Of a DNA stretch of 64,000 nt, positions 36,618-49,081 are shown one piece after another. The translations under genes and the position numbers were made by a program. The stretch is from NCBI RefSeq assembly GCF_032444005.1, contig NC_091283.1:106764001-106828000 (forward strand). Direction: 5' to 3'. The DNA is from Ranitomeya imitator. Taxonomy: Eukaryota. Positions within the stretch are counted from its first letter, which is position 1. Each line of letters starts with the position of its first letter. The notes beneath the pieces are model-generated. The model saw only the letters and a program-made list of their open reading frames with translations, did no database searches and was not told the DNA's origin.

Positions 36618-37649
36618 ATCTAAATGGACCCCTGGTGTACTTTTCAGGTTTAATAGCATGGGAGGAAACAGATGCCATAAAGAGACAAAACAACAGAAAA
36701 AAATGTGAACACACCACATCTATTCTTGCCTGTTTTATTGGCTCTTCATTCATTCCTTTCTAACCCAGTGGACTATGGTTCTGAGTCAGCAGGTCACCAT
36801 TAAGCCAAAGACATAGACCGCCTCAAGCAAAGCTCTGTACAAAGCAGTTTTGTTAGTTCAAAGCTTTTCACTAAACTGCATCTGATATTCTCATCTGTTT
36901 GTAATGTTTGGCAAAACAGAGTAATCTTGTTACAGAAGCGTGTCCTCTTCCTGCCCCTTGTAGGGATGCCTGAGTGTGCACTCACCAAACCTCACTCCCT
37001 CAGCATCTGCTTCCTCCCAGGACCTGCGTAAGGGCATGCAGGCCTCCTGGCAGTGTGCTTAGGGCATGAGCGCGCTCCTCATCTACTAAAGGACCAGCAC
37101 ACACATTGCTAAAAAAGTCCCCAGCCAATAGCTGGTGTATAAGGCATCCTCCCCTATTGGTAGGTGTCAGGTCCCCGTACTCTTGCTCTCTGATCCTCTC
37201 TGTCCTGCTTTACCTTTACTCGAATCCACCCTGCCTGTGTCAAGTCCTGATTCTGGTATGTCTAACCCGCACCTGTGCTGTTAACCTAAACCGCCCAGTC
37301 TGAACTAGCACCTGTGAACCTATGTCTTTGATTCCGTACCAGTGCCTGCCCCATGTTCCTATACCAGTCCAGCTTGTGCCTGATCCAACACCGGCATTGC
37401 AGCTGTACCATCACGTTAACCAGTTCCTGGCCAGTCTTGCTTGGGGTCACCTGCCACGGCTCAGTTGGTCCATCTTGGAGTAGCACCTGGCATTCACCTG
37501 GAGCCAAGTCTAACCCTGCCATCAAGGGCTCTAGGGAGGAGTCAGGTTTTTGCTTAGTTACTTCCCCCCTGACTCTCCACGGACCATTATACAGTGATTC
37601 CACAACTACATGCATAACACAATTTCAGATACACCCTAATAAAAAGATT

Positions 37650-38118
37650 TAGCTGACCTGAGGCGTCACTGCAGAGGACGTGGAAGATCGAGCGGCGCCC
37701 GGAACGAGGACAGGAGACTATCGCGCAGCGCTCATCTGCTCTTGGCGCTGTCCCTGCATCTCCGGTCTCCGGGAGCTGGCAGCTTCTTCCTGTATTAAGC
37801 GGTCACATGATACCGCTCATTACAGTAATGAATATGTGGCTCCACCCCTATGGGAGTGGAGTCTTGTCCATATTTATTACTTTAATGAGCGGTACCATGT
37901 GACCGCTCAATGCTGGAAGAAGCTGTCAGCGCCCGGAGACCGGAGATGCAGGGAAGCTGCCAGGGCCCGCACCAGGAGCAGGTGAGTATGTCACAGCCGC
38001 CACTCCCCTTCCCCCCCGCTGACCCCCCTGGGACAATGACTCGAGTATAAGCCGAGAGGGGCACTTTCATCCTAAAAAAATGGGCTGAAAATCTTGGCTT
38101 ATACTCGAGAATATACGG
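37650..38118. mobile_element. pogo/Tigger-type MITE, right part
   Basis: Ends GGCTTATACTCGAGAATATACGG-TA, with an internal inverted copy CTCGAGTATAAGCC. Confidence 0.65.
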
Positions 38119-38457
38119 TACTCATTCTGCAGTCAGCAATAGTTTGCGCAGTATAGAGTCTATCGAAGGCAAACAGTACATTTTTATTGAAGCCAAATTG
38201 AAAAAAATATTTTTATCCTCAACTACATGCATTTAAAGGGTACCTGACAGCACCAAAATCTTTAACTCACTAACAAAAGGATCAAACTTAACTTTTATTG
38301 TAAATACCAGACATGAACCATATACAGATAGTACACTAAATATTCAAATCCTTATGGTTAGGCAGGAAATGACCAAAAATACAAATATACAACACATACC
38401 CTATGTCTCTTGTAAGGTTAAGTGCCAAGCAGCACTACCGTGTAAGATTCCGTCTCT

Positions 38458-38497
38458 ATGCATTTCATCGTCCCAAACAACAACAACTCATCAGGAG
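38458..38497 (-). ncRNA. Degenerate hammerhead motif
   Basis: CUGAUGA-GUUGUU-loop-GACGAU-GAAAU; stem II relies on G-U pairs and the NUH site is not evident. Confidence 0.4.
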
Positions 38498-39045
38498 ACT
38501 TTAATCTGCAATGACCTTTATCAAAATATAGAGACTTTTACTGTCTCTTGTGCATGCTTATAAAGTTTAGCGTCCTCCCCCCCAAAAAGGGTGCAACTTC
38601 CAAAGGTTTTTTGCAGTGCCTCCCAAAAAAACATGATGCAACTTCCTACTTCGTTTTTACACCAAAAAAGCAGCAGAACCTGATACCTGCGTTTTTGCTG
38701 CATTTTTGCACTGACCCATTTCTTTCTATGGGTGGAAAAACACTGAAAAAAGCTTAGAAAACACTGAAAAAAGTAACATGTTGCTTCTTTCAAAAATGCA
38801 GCAGTTTTCCAATTCAGTCAGATAAAACTGGGTGTGTATGTGATTTCTGAAATATCATAGCTTTTGCAGAAACTGTAAAACTCAGCTTAAAATTTTGCAT
38901 AAAAAAAGCATAAAAAGGTGAGCATAGCCTTATATTATTTCTTTTAATTTTAGTATGATGCTCTCCACAGTTTCTACCATTGACAATTTGTGGCTAGACT
39001 GTGGATTCCATCATACTGTGGGGTCCATCATATTGTGTGTGTGTG

Positions 39046-40131
39046 TGTTAGGTGTCAAGTTCCCACCACTGCACAGGGGGAATCTCACACCAAGTCCTCT
39101 GTAGTCTCCCATTCTTCCCCAGCCACAGAGGAGTATGCTCAGCAGAGACGTCAGTCCCAGCGTCTTGCTCAAGCTGATGCTGAACATCTGGTTACTGCTG
39201 CTCTCCCAGGTTCAGCTATTGTAACCAGCAGTAATAAGCGGTGAGCAGACGCTCTAGGGACAAAGTACTGCTTTTTGTCCAGTGAGCATGCCAGTGGGAC
39301 GACCTCTCATTGGAGGTCAGAGGTCACACGCTCAGGTCCTGAAGTGGCTCTGATTGGACCACTGGGAAGGTCCCGGAAGGCTGCAACTATAAAAGGTTTG
39401 CATCGACTAGTATAACCTCAAAATGGTGTGTATGGATGCATGTATGTTCTGGTGAAAGCTCCTAATTGATCTCCTCCCCTAGCTTTGTTGATTGAGTGTG
39501 GGTGTTTGGCGCAGACTAGCGCCAGTTGTGCGATCCAGCACAGAGCATGTTATCTACAGCGTTACAAGCAGCGCTCGCCAGTGCACTTTCCTGACCCGAG
39601 TTAGGGAGGTTAGTGACGTCCGCCAGAGCGGCGCTGTGCGCACTCAGTGTTCTAAATTTATTATTATTTTATTGGCAACTCACATCGGGGGATGTCCACT
39701 CTCTAGTTATCCTTATGCACTTTATTGAATTTTGTGTGTTGTATGCACATTGTTTTGATACATTGTTAATATAATAAGATATTATTGTTTTAAATCAACC
39801 TATATACTCCTTTGCTCTCCTCCTCTGGTAAATGTATTATTATTAGTTGTTCCCTGGCACTGCAGGTCTAGAGGGACTCTAACCCTGTGACCTTGGGGCA
39901 GAGTCCTGTGACCAAACACTAGCCTTCACTCTGTGAAGTGCCCTGTGACGCAAAAGGGTTAGCCTCCTTACATACCGGGTGAAGCTAACCTGTGTGTGTT
40001 CACATTATACCACCATATACTGTCCGCAATTACCTAGCAGCAGGTTCCATCTCTGCACTGTGGACCCCGGGCTGCAAACGTACCTTATTGCTATCTTTAT
40101 ATTTATTTGGTGCATTCCGCCAGCCCTAACT
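39046..40131. mobile_element. Solo LTR related to 16162-17494
   Basis: TGTTAGGTGTC...CCCTAAC(T); GTGTG on both flanks; ~175-bp AT-rich insert near 39665-39835. Confidence 0.75.
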
Positions 40132-40464
40132 GTGTGTGTGGAGAGGTTTGGGGGCTTTCATACCGCGTGGTGGGCTGTGGGAGCCATCATACCGCATGCT
40201 GGGCTGTGGGAGCCATCATACTGCATGTGGGGGAGCTGTGGGGGCCATCATACTGCGTGTGGGGGAGCTATGGGAGCCATCATATTGTGTGTGTGTGGAG
40301 AGGTATGGGGGCTTTCATACCATGTGGGGGAGCTGTGGGAGCCATCATAATGTGTGGGTGCTGTAATACTGTGTGCGGGGGCTAGGGGAATGATCCTGTG
40401 TGGAGGGAGCTGTTAATCCAATATAAGGGCCAATATCAGGAGCAGCAGGTCTTAATACTTTTAA

Positions 40465-40781
40465 AGGGACACTGTCACCTGAATTTGGAGGGAACAATCT
40501 TCAGCCATGGAGGCGGGGTTTTGGGGTTTTTGATTCACCCTTTCCTTACCCGCTGGCTGCAATATTGGATTGAAGTTCATTCTCTGTCTTCCATAGTACA
40601 CGCCTGCGCAAGGCAATCTTCCCTTGTGCAGGCGTGTACTACGGAGGACAGAGAATGAACTTCAATCCAATATTGCAGCCAGCATGCAGCCAGCGGGTAA
40701 GGAAAGGGTGAATCAAAAAACCCAAAACCCCGCCTCCATGGCTGAAGATTGTTCCCTCCAAATTCAGGTGACAGTGTCCCT
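40465..40781. mobile_element. Near-perfect palindromic T2/Kolobok-type MITE
   Basis: TTAA-AGGGACACTGTCACCTGAATTTGG...CCAAATTCAGGTGACAGTGTCCCT-TTAA. Confidence 0.92.
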
Positions 40782-42040
40782 TTAAACTTAATCAAAACCA
40801 TATAATTTACTGCTTTCTATAAACTGCTAAAGGAGAGAATGCCTGTTACAGTAAGTCTTATTGTAACACGTATTATCACTAGCAGCAAGTCAGCATACTT
40901 AATTCTGCTCAATATTAAGAAGTAAAAAATAATATAAGAAAACTGATAATAAGCAGAATAACGTTTGGTCTGTTGGTTTGGCTCCTTGGTAAAATTAATT
41001 GCTCATATTTGGTCTAGAAGATGATTCTGGAGTTTGGAGAGCACAAGTCCTCAGTTTTTCCAACAGACTCCCTGTCAACCCGATTATAGAGGATATTTAT
41101 TTCTGTGCCTGCAGATCATAATCTTAAAACTGAAATGCAAATAGGTATATATTTTTGAATTTCTGAAAAGTGTATTTACATGAGGTTACATAGTTAGTTA
41201 CAGAGGGAAAATGACATACAGTATGTCCATATAGGTGACTGTCATAATGCAAGTCACCGTGTATTCATTTTCATAGAAGTATATTGCAGTACGCTGTCCT
41301 ATCTATTTAGCCCGTATTAATTCAGACAGCATAGAAATTGTGCCCAATATTATAGTTATAAATCATTAGAATACTATCATAACGTATGTTTATTTGAGCA
41401 CATGAGGAGTATACTTACTATAGCCATTATTTAATTTGAATAATAACATTGGACATCATTCAATCCTTTTGTCTTAGATTCCTCATTGGATAGTAATAAA
41501 CACTGTACTTGAGTATTATCTACATTTATATACTTTCTGGAATAAGTTAGACATCGTGAAATACTTTTAAAGTAATAGTAATGTACAAAAATTACATATT
41601 AAAGAAGTGTTTCTTAATTGTGCATCAGAAAAGAGAATAATCCGGTAGAACCCCCTAACTCCATGCATGAAGACTGACAATAACAAGGTTTAATTATCTG
41701 CACGCTGCTGTGCTGTAATGAAGAAGGTGCTGACTTAACTGGTAACTGCCAGGGGAGAGCATGCACAGGGAAGATCCTGAGGAAAGAAATATGTTGTTGA
41801 CTAGGGTAAGTGACATTACATTCGCCACCTTCGTGCCCTCTGATAGTGTTTCTAATACAAAATTATTGATCTCATCAGATGGTTTTCAAATTTTTAAGGA
41901 ACATTATTCCAATTAATCATCAACACAGTATGAATTATGTCGAAAGAGACTTTTAACTTTAAACCCTTTATTTAGAGCGCAAATTTTATTTTAATATTTT
42001 GTATGTTTCTCTGGCTAGTTCTGATCTATTTCTGTATATA

Positions 42041-42578
42041 CAGCTCTGGCAAAAATTAAGAGACCACTGCAAAATGTTCAGTTTGTCTGATTTTTCTCTT
42101 TATAGGTTTATTTTTGAGTAAAATGTAAATTGTTCTTTTAGTCTATAAACTTCTGACAACATGTCTCCGAATTTCCAAGCAATAAGTTTTGTATTTTTTT
42201 TCTGACAAAGAAAAATGGTCAAAATTAAAAAAAAACCCAATGCTTTCAGACCTCAAATAATGCAAAGAAAACAAGTTCATAATCATTTAGAAACAACAAT
42301 ACTAATGTGTTAACTCAGGAAGAGTTCAGAAATCAATATTTTGTGGAATAACCATGATTTTTAATCACAGCTTTCATGCGTCTTGGCATGCTTTCCACCA
42401 GTCTTTCACACTGCTTCTGGCGCAAAAATTTAAGAAGTTCTTCCTTGTTTGATGGCTTGTGACTATCCATCATCCTCTTGATTACATTCCAGAGGTTTTC
42501 AATGGGGTTCAGGTCTGGAGATTGGGCTGCCCATGACAGGGTTTTGATGTGGTGGGCTCTTAATTTTTGCCAGAGCTG
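42041..42578. mobile_element. Internally deleted Tc1 element
   Basis: TA-CAGCTCTGGCAAAAATTAAGAG...CTCTTAATTTTTGCCAGAGCTG-TA. Confidence 0.88.
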
Positions 42579-42979
42579 TATGTTCCGGATAAATTTTAGT
42601 TATTTATTTTTTCAATTTTATTTATTTTTTCTTTCTCTTTTTCTACTTGTTACCCTTTTCTGGATGATGTATCAAGATTTGGAGTATGTCCTGCTCATTA
42701 CAGCCCTGGGATCATACACTTATTCTACGTTGGATTGATAGAAAAGATGGGGGATACCTTTTTGAACATTTTCTTCTATATGAGATGCTTACAATGAGCC
42801 TCCTTGGTTGCAACTTTTGATTAGCCATTGGTGCAATTTCTTCTTACTTTTGTATTTACATATAATATTTCTCAATAATAACCATACAACCTGTACGACA
42901 CTTCTCTTCACAACTCCTGATAGGCTAGACACGCACTTACAGCATGTTTTTTACATGACCATGACTTATTATATAATCG

Positions 42980-43327
42980 AGATGGTTTGGGGTGACCGCA
43001 GAGTGAAAGCAAAAGGGCCAACAAGTGCTAAGCATCTCTGGGAACTCCTTCAAGATTGTTGGAAGACCATTCCCAGTGACTACCTCTTGAAGCTCATCAA
43101 GAGAATGCCAAGAGTATGCAAAGCAAAAGGTGGCTACATTGAAGAACCTAGAATATAAGACATAATTTCAGTTGTTTCACACTTTTTTGTTAAGTATATA
43201 ATTCTACATGTGTTAATTCATAGTTCACAATTCATTGATGCCTTCAGTGTGAATGTACAATTTTCATAGTCATGAAAATACAGAAAAATCTTTAAATGAG
43301 AAGGCGTGTCCAAACTTTTGCTCTGTA

Positions 43328-43330
<3 letters not shown>
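42980..43330. mobile_element. Tc1 3' fragment followed by (TA)n at 43331-43382
   Basis: Encodes ..RRVKAKGPTSAKHLWELLQDCWKTI..RMPRVCKAKGGY and ends GTCCAAACTTTTGCTCTGTACTG-TA. Confidence 0.85.
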
Positions 43331-43384
<54 letters not shown>

Positions 43385-44055
43385 CACATTTGTCATTGTT
43401 CAGAATCACCAGATCTATCAAGCTATAGAAAAAAATTAATCCGATTGGTAAATGGTGTAGTGAAAAAAAAGTCAAAATGCCAGAGTTACGTTTATTTGGT
43501 GGCAAAACATTGCATTAAAATGCAAAAACGGGCGATCAAAAGATTGCATCCAAACCAAAATGGTTTAATTAAAAACATCAGCTCAGCACGCCAAAAATAA
43601 GCCTCACCCATCCCCAGATCACAAACAATGTAGACGCTACGGGTCTCGGAAAATGCCGCAAATTTTTATTTTGTTTTTAACAAACTTTGAATTTTTTTCC
43701 CACCATTTAAATAAAAGCAACCTATACGTGTTTGGTATCTATGAACATTTAATCACCTGGAGAATCATAATGGCTGGTCAGTTTAAGCATTTGGTGAACA
43801 TAGTAAAAAAATAAATAAAAAAAAACTGTTGTGGAATTGCACTTTTTTTTGCAATTTCACTGCACTGCATTTTTTTCCTGTTATCTAGTACATGATATCG
43901 TAAAACCAACGGTGTTATTCAAAATACAATTCGTCCCACATAAAATAAGGCCTTACATGGCCATAATGACGGAAAAATAAAAATATTATGGCTTTGGGAA
44001 CAAGGGAGCGAAAAACATAAACGCAACAATGAAAAAGGGCTGCGGCACGAAGAGG
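43385..44055. mobile_element. Right half of the piggyBac-type MITE family of 1384-2662
   Basis: Collinear with 32680-33327 and ends GAAGAGG-TTA. Confidence 0.7.
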
Positions 44056-44265
44056 TTATTGATTGCACAGTACTAATTCATGAAGTACACATCAGTATGA
44101 CATTACACCCGTGTGTCATTTTTAGGCAACTCCCTCACATATGTCCTTTTCCCTTTTTCTGTTATATTTATATTCTCTACATTTAGGATAATTTATTTTA
44201 TACACTTTTCCATAGGGGTCAATTCTAGGTATTAATTGATTATAAATCCAACATGTTTGCTATCA

Positions 44266-46495
44266 TGTCACAAAAACATTGAACTTTAGGAAGGCAAAGT
44301 TTGAACAGCTTAGAGATGCCCTTAATCTGGTAGACTGGGACAATATCCTCAGAAATGAGAATACAGATAATAAATGGGAAATGTTTAAGAACATCCTAAA
44401 TAGGCAGTGTAAGCGGTTTATACCTTGTGGGAATAAAAGGACTAGAAATAGGAAAAACCCAATGTGGCTAAACAAAGAAGTAAGGCAGGCAATTAACAGT
44501 AAAAAGAAAGCATTTGCACTACTAAAGCAGGATGGCACCACTGAAGCTCTAAAAAACTATAGGGAGAAAAATACTTTATCTAAAAAACTAATTAAAGCTG
44601 CCAAAAAGGAAACAGAGAAGCACATTGCTAAGGAGAGTAAAACTAATCCCAAACTGTTCTTCAACTATATCAATAGTAAAAGAATAAAAACTGAAAATGT
44701 AGGCCCCTTAAAAAATAGTGAGGAAAGAATGGTTGTAGATGACGAGGAAAAAGCTAACATATTAAACACCTTCTTCTCCACGGTATTCACGGTGGAAAAT
44801 GAAATGCTAGGTGAAATCCCAAGAAACAATGAAAACCCTATATTAAGGGTCACCAATCTAACCCAAGAAGAGGTGCGAAACCGGCTAAATAAGATTAAAA
44901 TAGATAAATCTCCAGGTCCGGATGGCATACACCCACGAGTACTAAGAGAACTAAGTAATGTAATAGATAAACCATTATTTCTTATTTTTAGTGACTCTAT
45001 AGCGACAGGGTCTGTTCCGCAGGACTGGCGCATAGCAAATGTGGTGCCAATATTCAAAAAGGGCTCTAAAAGTGAACCTGGAAATTATAGGCCAGTAAGT
45101 CTAACCTCTATTGTTGGTAAAATATTTGAAGGGTTTCTGAGGGATGTTATTCTGGATTATCTCAATGAGAATAACTGTTTAACTCCATATCAGCATGGGT
45201 TTATGAGAAATCGCTCCTGTCAAACCAATCTAATCAGTTTTTATGAAGAGGTAAGCTATAGACTGGACCACGGTGAGTCATTGGACGTGGTATATCTCGA
45301 TTTTTCCAAAGCGTTTGATACCGTGCCGCACAAGAGGTTGGTACACAAAATGAGAATGCTTGGTCTGGGGGAAAATGTGTGTAAATGGGTTAGTAACTGG
45401 CTTAGTGATAGAAAGCAGAGGGTGGTTATAAATGGTATAGTCTCTAACTGGGTCGCTGTGACCAGTGGGGTACCGCAGGGGTCAGTATTGGGACCTGTTC
45501 TCTTCAACATATTCATTAATGATCTGGTAGAAGGTTTACACAGTAAAATATCGATATTTGCAGATGATACAAAACTATGTAAAGCAGTTAATACAAGAGA
45601 AGATAGTATTCTGCTACAGATGGATCTGGATAAGTTGGAAACTTGGGCTGAAAGGTGGCAGATGAGGTTTAACAATGATAAATGTAAGGTTATACACATG
45701 GGAAGAGGGAATCAATATCACCATTACACACTGAACGGGAAACCACTGGGTAAATCTGACAGGGAGAAGGACTTGGGGATCCTAGTTAATGATAAACTTA
45801 CCTGGAGCAGCCAGTGCCAGGCAGCAGCTGCCAAGGCAAACAGGATCATGGGGTGCATTAAAAGAGGTCTGGATACACATGATGAGAGCATTATACTGCC
45901 TCTGTACAAATCCCTAGTTAGACCGCACATGGAGTACTGTGTCCAGTTTTGGGCACCGGTGCTCAGGAAGGATATAATGGAACTAGAGAGAGTACAAAGG
46001 AGGGCAACAAAATTAATAAAGGGGATGGGAGAACTACAATACCCAGATAGATTAGCGAAATTAGGATTATTTAGTCTAGAAAAAAGACGACTGAGGGGCG
46101 ATCTAATAACCATGTATAAGTATATAAGGGGACAATACAAATATCTCGCTGAGGATCTGTTTATACCAAGGAAGGTGACGGGCACAAGGGGGCATTCTTT
46201 GCGTCTGGAGGAGAGAAGGTTTTTCCACCAACATAGAAGAGGATTCTTTACTGTTAGGGCAGTGAGAATCTGGAATTGCTTGCCTGAGGAGGTGGTGATG
46301 GCGAACTCAGTCGAGGGGTTCAAGAGAGGCCTGGATGTCTTCCTGGAGCAGAACAATATTGTATCATACAATTATTAGGTTCTGTAGAAGGACGTAGATC
46401 TGGGGATTTATTATGATGGAATATAGGCTGAACTGGATGGACAAATGTCTTTTTTCGGCCTTACTAACTATGTTACTATGTTACTATGTTACTAT
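44266..46495 (+). mobile_element. 5'-truncated CR1 LINE
   Basis: RT ORF, short 3' UTR and (TTACTATG)n tail at ~46461-46495. Confidence 0.95.
44279..46378 (+). CDS. CR1 ORF2 reverse transcriptase (699 aa open; endonuclease domain lost by truncation)
   Basis: KSPGPDG, YRPVSLTS, QHGF, YLDFSKAFD, GVPQGSVLGP, FADD, DLG, RRLRGDLI motifs. Confidence 0.95.
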   Translation: MNFRKAKFEQLRDALNLVDWDNILRNENTDNKWEMFKNILNRQCKRFIPCGNKRTRNRKNPMWLNKEVRQAINSKKKAFALLKQDGTTEALKNYREKNTLSKKLIKAAKKETEKHIAKESKTNPKLFFNYINSKRIKTENVGPLKNSEERMVVDDEEKANILNTFFSTVFTVENEMLGEIPRNNENPILRVTNLTQEEVRNRLNKIKIDKSPGPDGIHPRVLRELSNVIDKPLFLIFSDSIATGSVPQDWRIANVVPIFKKGSKSEPGNYRPVSLTSIVGKIFEGFLRDVILDYLNENNCLTPYQHGFMRNRSCQTNLISFYEEVSYRLDHGESLDVVYLDFSKAFDTVPHKRLVHKMRMLGLGENVCKWVSNWLSDRKQRVVINGIVSNWVAVTSGVPQGSVLGPVLFNIFINDLVEGLHSKISIFADDTKLCKAVNTREDSILLQMDLDKLETWAERWQMRFNNDKCKVIHMGRGNQYHHYTLNGKPLGKSDREKDLGILVNDKLTWSSQCQAAAAKANRIMGCIKRGLDTHDESIILPLYKSLVRPHMEYCVQFWAPVLRKDIMELERVQRRATKLIKGMGELQYPDRLAKLGLFSLEKRRLRGDLITMYKYIRGQYKYLAEDLFIPRKVTGTRGHSLRLEERRFFHQHRRGFFTVRAVRIWNCLPEEVVMANSVEGFKRGLDVFLEQNNIVSYNY

Positions 46496-46522
46496 TCTGA
46501 TCTATGTGAATTATATAACCAA

Positions 46523-48152
46523 CTAGATGGTGGCCCGATTCTAATGCATCGGGTATTCTAGAATATGCATGTCCACGTAGTAGATTGCCCAGCCACGCAC
46601 TATATTGCCCACCCACGTAGTATATTGCCCAGCCACGTAGTATATTGCACAGCCCACGTAGTATATTGCCCAGCCACGTAGTATATTGCCCAGCCACGTA
46701 GTATATTGCCCAGCCACGTAGTATATTGCACAGCCACTTAGTATATTCCCCAACCACGTAGTATATTGCCCAGCCACGTAGTATATTGCCCAGCAACGTA
46801 GTATATTGCCCAGCCACGTAGTATATTGGAAAGCCACATAGTATATTGCCCAGTCACGTAATATATTGCCCAGCCACGTAGTATATTCCCCAACCACGTA
46901 GTATATTGCCCAGCCACGTAGTATATTGCCCAGCAACGTAGTATATTGCCCAGCCACGTAGTATGTTGGAAAGCCACATAGTATATTGCTCAGTCACGTA
47001 ATATATTGCCCAGCCACGTAGTATATTACCCAGCCACGTAGTATATTGCCCAGTTACATAATATATTGCCCAGTTACGTAGTATATTGCCTAGTGACGTA
47101 GTATATTGCGCAGCCACGTAGTATATTGCCCAGTGACATAGTATACAGCACAGAGCCACGTAGTATATTGCACAGCGACGTAGTATACAGCACAGAGCCA
47201 TGTAGTATATTGACCAGTCACGTAGTATACAGCACAGAGCCACGTAGTATATTGCCCAGCTCCGTAGTATATTGCACAGCGACATAGTATACAGCACAGA
47301 GCCACGTAGTATATTGCACAGCGATGTAGTATACAGCACAGAGGCACGTAGTATATTGCCCAGTTACGTAGTATATTGCCCAGTGACATAGTATACAGCA
47401 CAGAGCCACGTAGTATATTGCACAGTGAAGTAGTATACAGCACAGAGCCACGTAGTATATTGGCCAGTCACGTAGTATATTGCCCAGCCAGGTTTGCCAC
47501 AGGTTAAAAAATAAAAAATAAACATATACTCACCTTTCCGAGGGCCCCTTGTAGTCCATGACAGCTTCCGGTCCCAGGGTTGGTATGAGCGCAGGACCTG
47601 TGACGACGTCGCGGTCACATGACCGTGATGTCATGGCAGGTCTTTCTAGCACAAGCACGCAGGGCCTGTGATGACGTCGCAATCACATGACCGTGACGTC
47701 ATGGCAGGTCCTTCTGCCATACCATCTTTGCCACCGGAACCTGCAACGGAAGATGGCGTCCAGCGCGAGCGACTATGGAGGGTGAGTATAGCAGGTTTTT
47801 TTTATTATTATTTTTAACATTACATTTTTTACTATTGATGCCGCATAGGCAGCGTCAATAGTAAAAAGTTGGGGACACACAGGGTTAATAGTGGCGATAA
47901 CGGAGTGCGTTACCCGCGGCATAACGTGGTCCATTACCGCTGGCATTAACCCTGTGTTAGCGGTGACCGGAAGGGAGTAGGCAGGCGACAAGCACTTAGT
48001 AAGTAAGGAGCGGCCATTTTCTTCCGGACTGTGCCCGTCGCTGATTGGTCACGGCAGCCATGACAGGCAGCTGGCGAGACCAATCGGCAAATGAATAACC
48101 GTGACAGAAGGACAGACAGACGGAAGTGACCCTTAGACAATTATATAGTAGA
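46523..48152 (-). mobile_element. Non-autonomous Helitron
   Basis: Minus strand starts TCTACTATATAA and ends with the hairpin CCCGATGCATTAGAATCGGG then CCACCATCTAG; inserted between A and T with no TSD. Confidence 0.85.
46575..47490. repeat. ~21-23-bp minisatellite (GTAGTATATTGCCCAGCCAC) inside the Helitron
   Basis: Tandem units are directly visible; later units alternate with TAGTATACAGCACAGAGCCAC. Confidence 0.95.
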
Positions 48153-49081
48153 TGTGTGATATTATTAATACAACAGAGCTGCATTGGATTTGGTTGGAGG
48201 GCTGATGTTAATATTCTGGTAAGGAGCTAATAGCCATAAACGTTCCCAGGCTATTAATATGGGCTCACAGCTGTCGGCTAAGCGTTTACTGGCTAGTTTA
48301 CAGGGGGACCCCCAAAAAATTGACATACGGTCCCCCTATAAAATCTAACCAGCAAAGGCTAAGCAGAGAGCTGCAGGCTGATATTAATAGCCTAGGAAGG
48401 GGCCATGGATATTGACTCCCTCCCAGACTGAAAACATCAGTTCTAAGCTGCCCCTGAAAAGGCGCACCTATAAAATGTGCCAAATCTGGCGCTTAGCCTC
48501 GCTCTTCCCACTTGCTCTGTAGTGGTGACAAATGGGGTAATGGTTGGGGGGTTGAGGTCACCTTTATATTGTCAGGTGACATCAAGCCCACAGCTTAGTA
48601 ATGGAGAGGTGTCTATAAGACACCCCATTACTAACCCCATAGTGATATTATGAAAACACACACCCAGAATAGAGTGCTTTATTTGAAATAATTACACAGT
48701 CCTTTATTGAATCAAAATGAAATCATACTCACCGAATGCCTAATCCACTGAAGCCAATATCTCATATAACAAAAATATAATAATAAACCACAATATTCCT
48801 CACCTGCCCGCAAAAAAGATAATAATCCATAATGTTCCACAACAATCTTTATGACTTTGATTGATAGCAGTCACTGATGTGCCTGCTCTCGAAGACAGTA
48901 CACTGACAGGAGGTAATCACTCCCACAGTGTATAGCACTGAACTGCCATGAGAGAGGTCACTGGAATTCATCAGCTGATCAGCTCCAGTTATCTCCCTTA
49001 CAGCTCCTGCCATCATGCGATCAGTGACAGCAGACATAGCCTGATGGGAGGAGTAGTCTCATCAGGCCACATCTGCTGACC

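Noticed and set aside
9638-43330. Matching Tc1 left and right ends 33 kb apart, suggesting one giant composite transposon
   Set aside because: A TA target cannot link them, internal sequence is missing, and independent fragments of a high-copy family are more likely.
44665-46371. 130-215-aa minus-strand ORFs (also 60265-60903 and 27523-28281)
   Set aside because: They are antisense shadows of the CR1, Gypsy and Penelope ORFs.
46476-47618. Overlapping WAIYYVA-repeat ORFs; also superficially CRISPR-like arrays here and at 7200-8045
   Set aside because: These are head-to-tail tandem units with no unique spacers and no cas genes, in a eukaryotic context.
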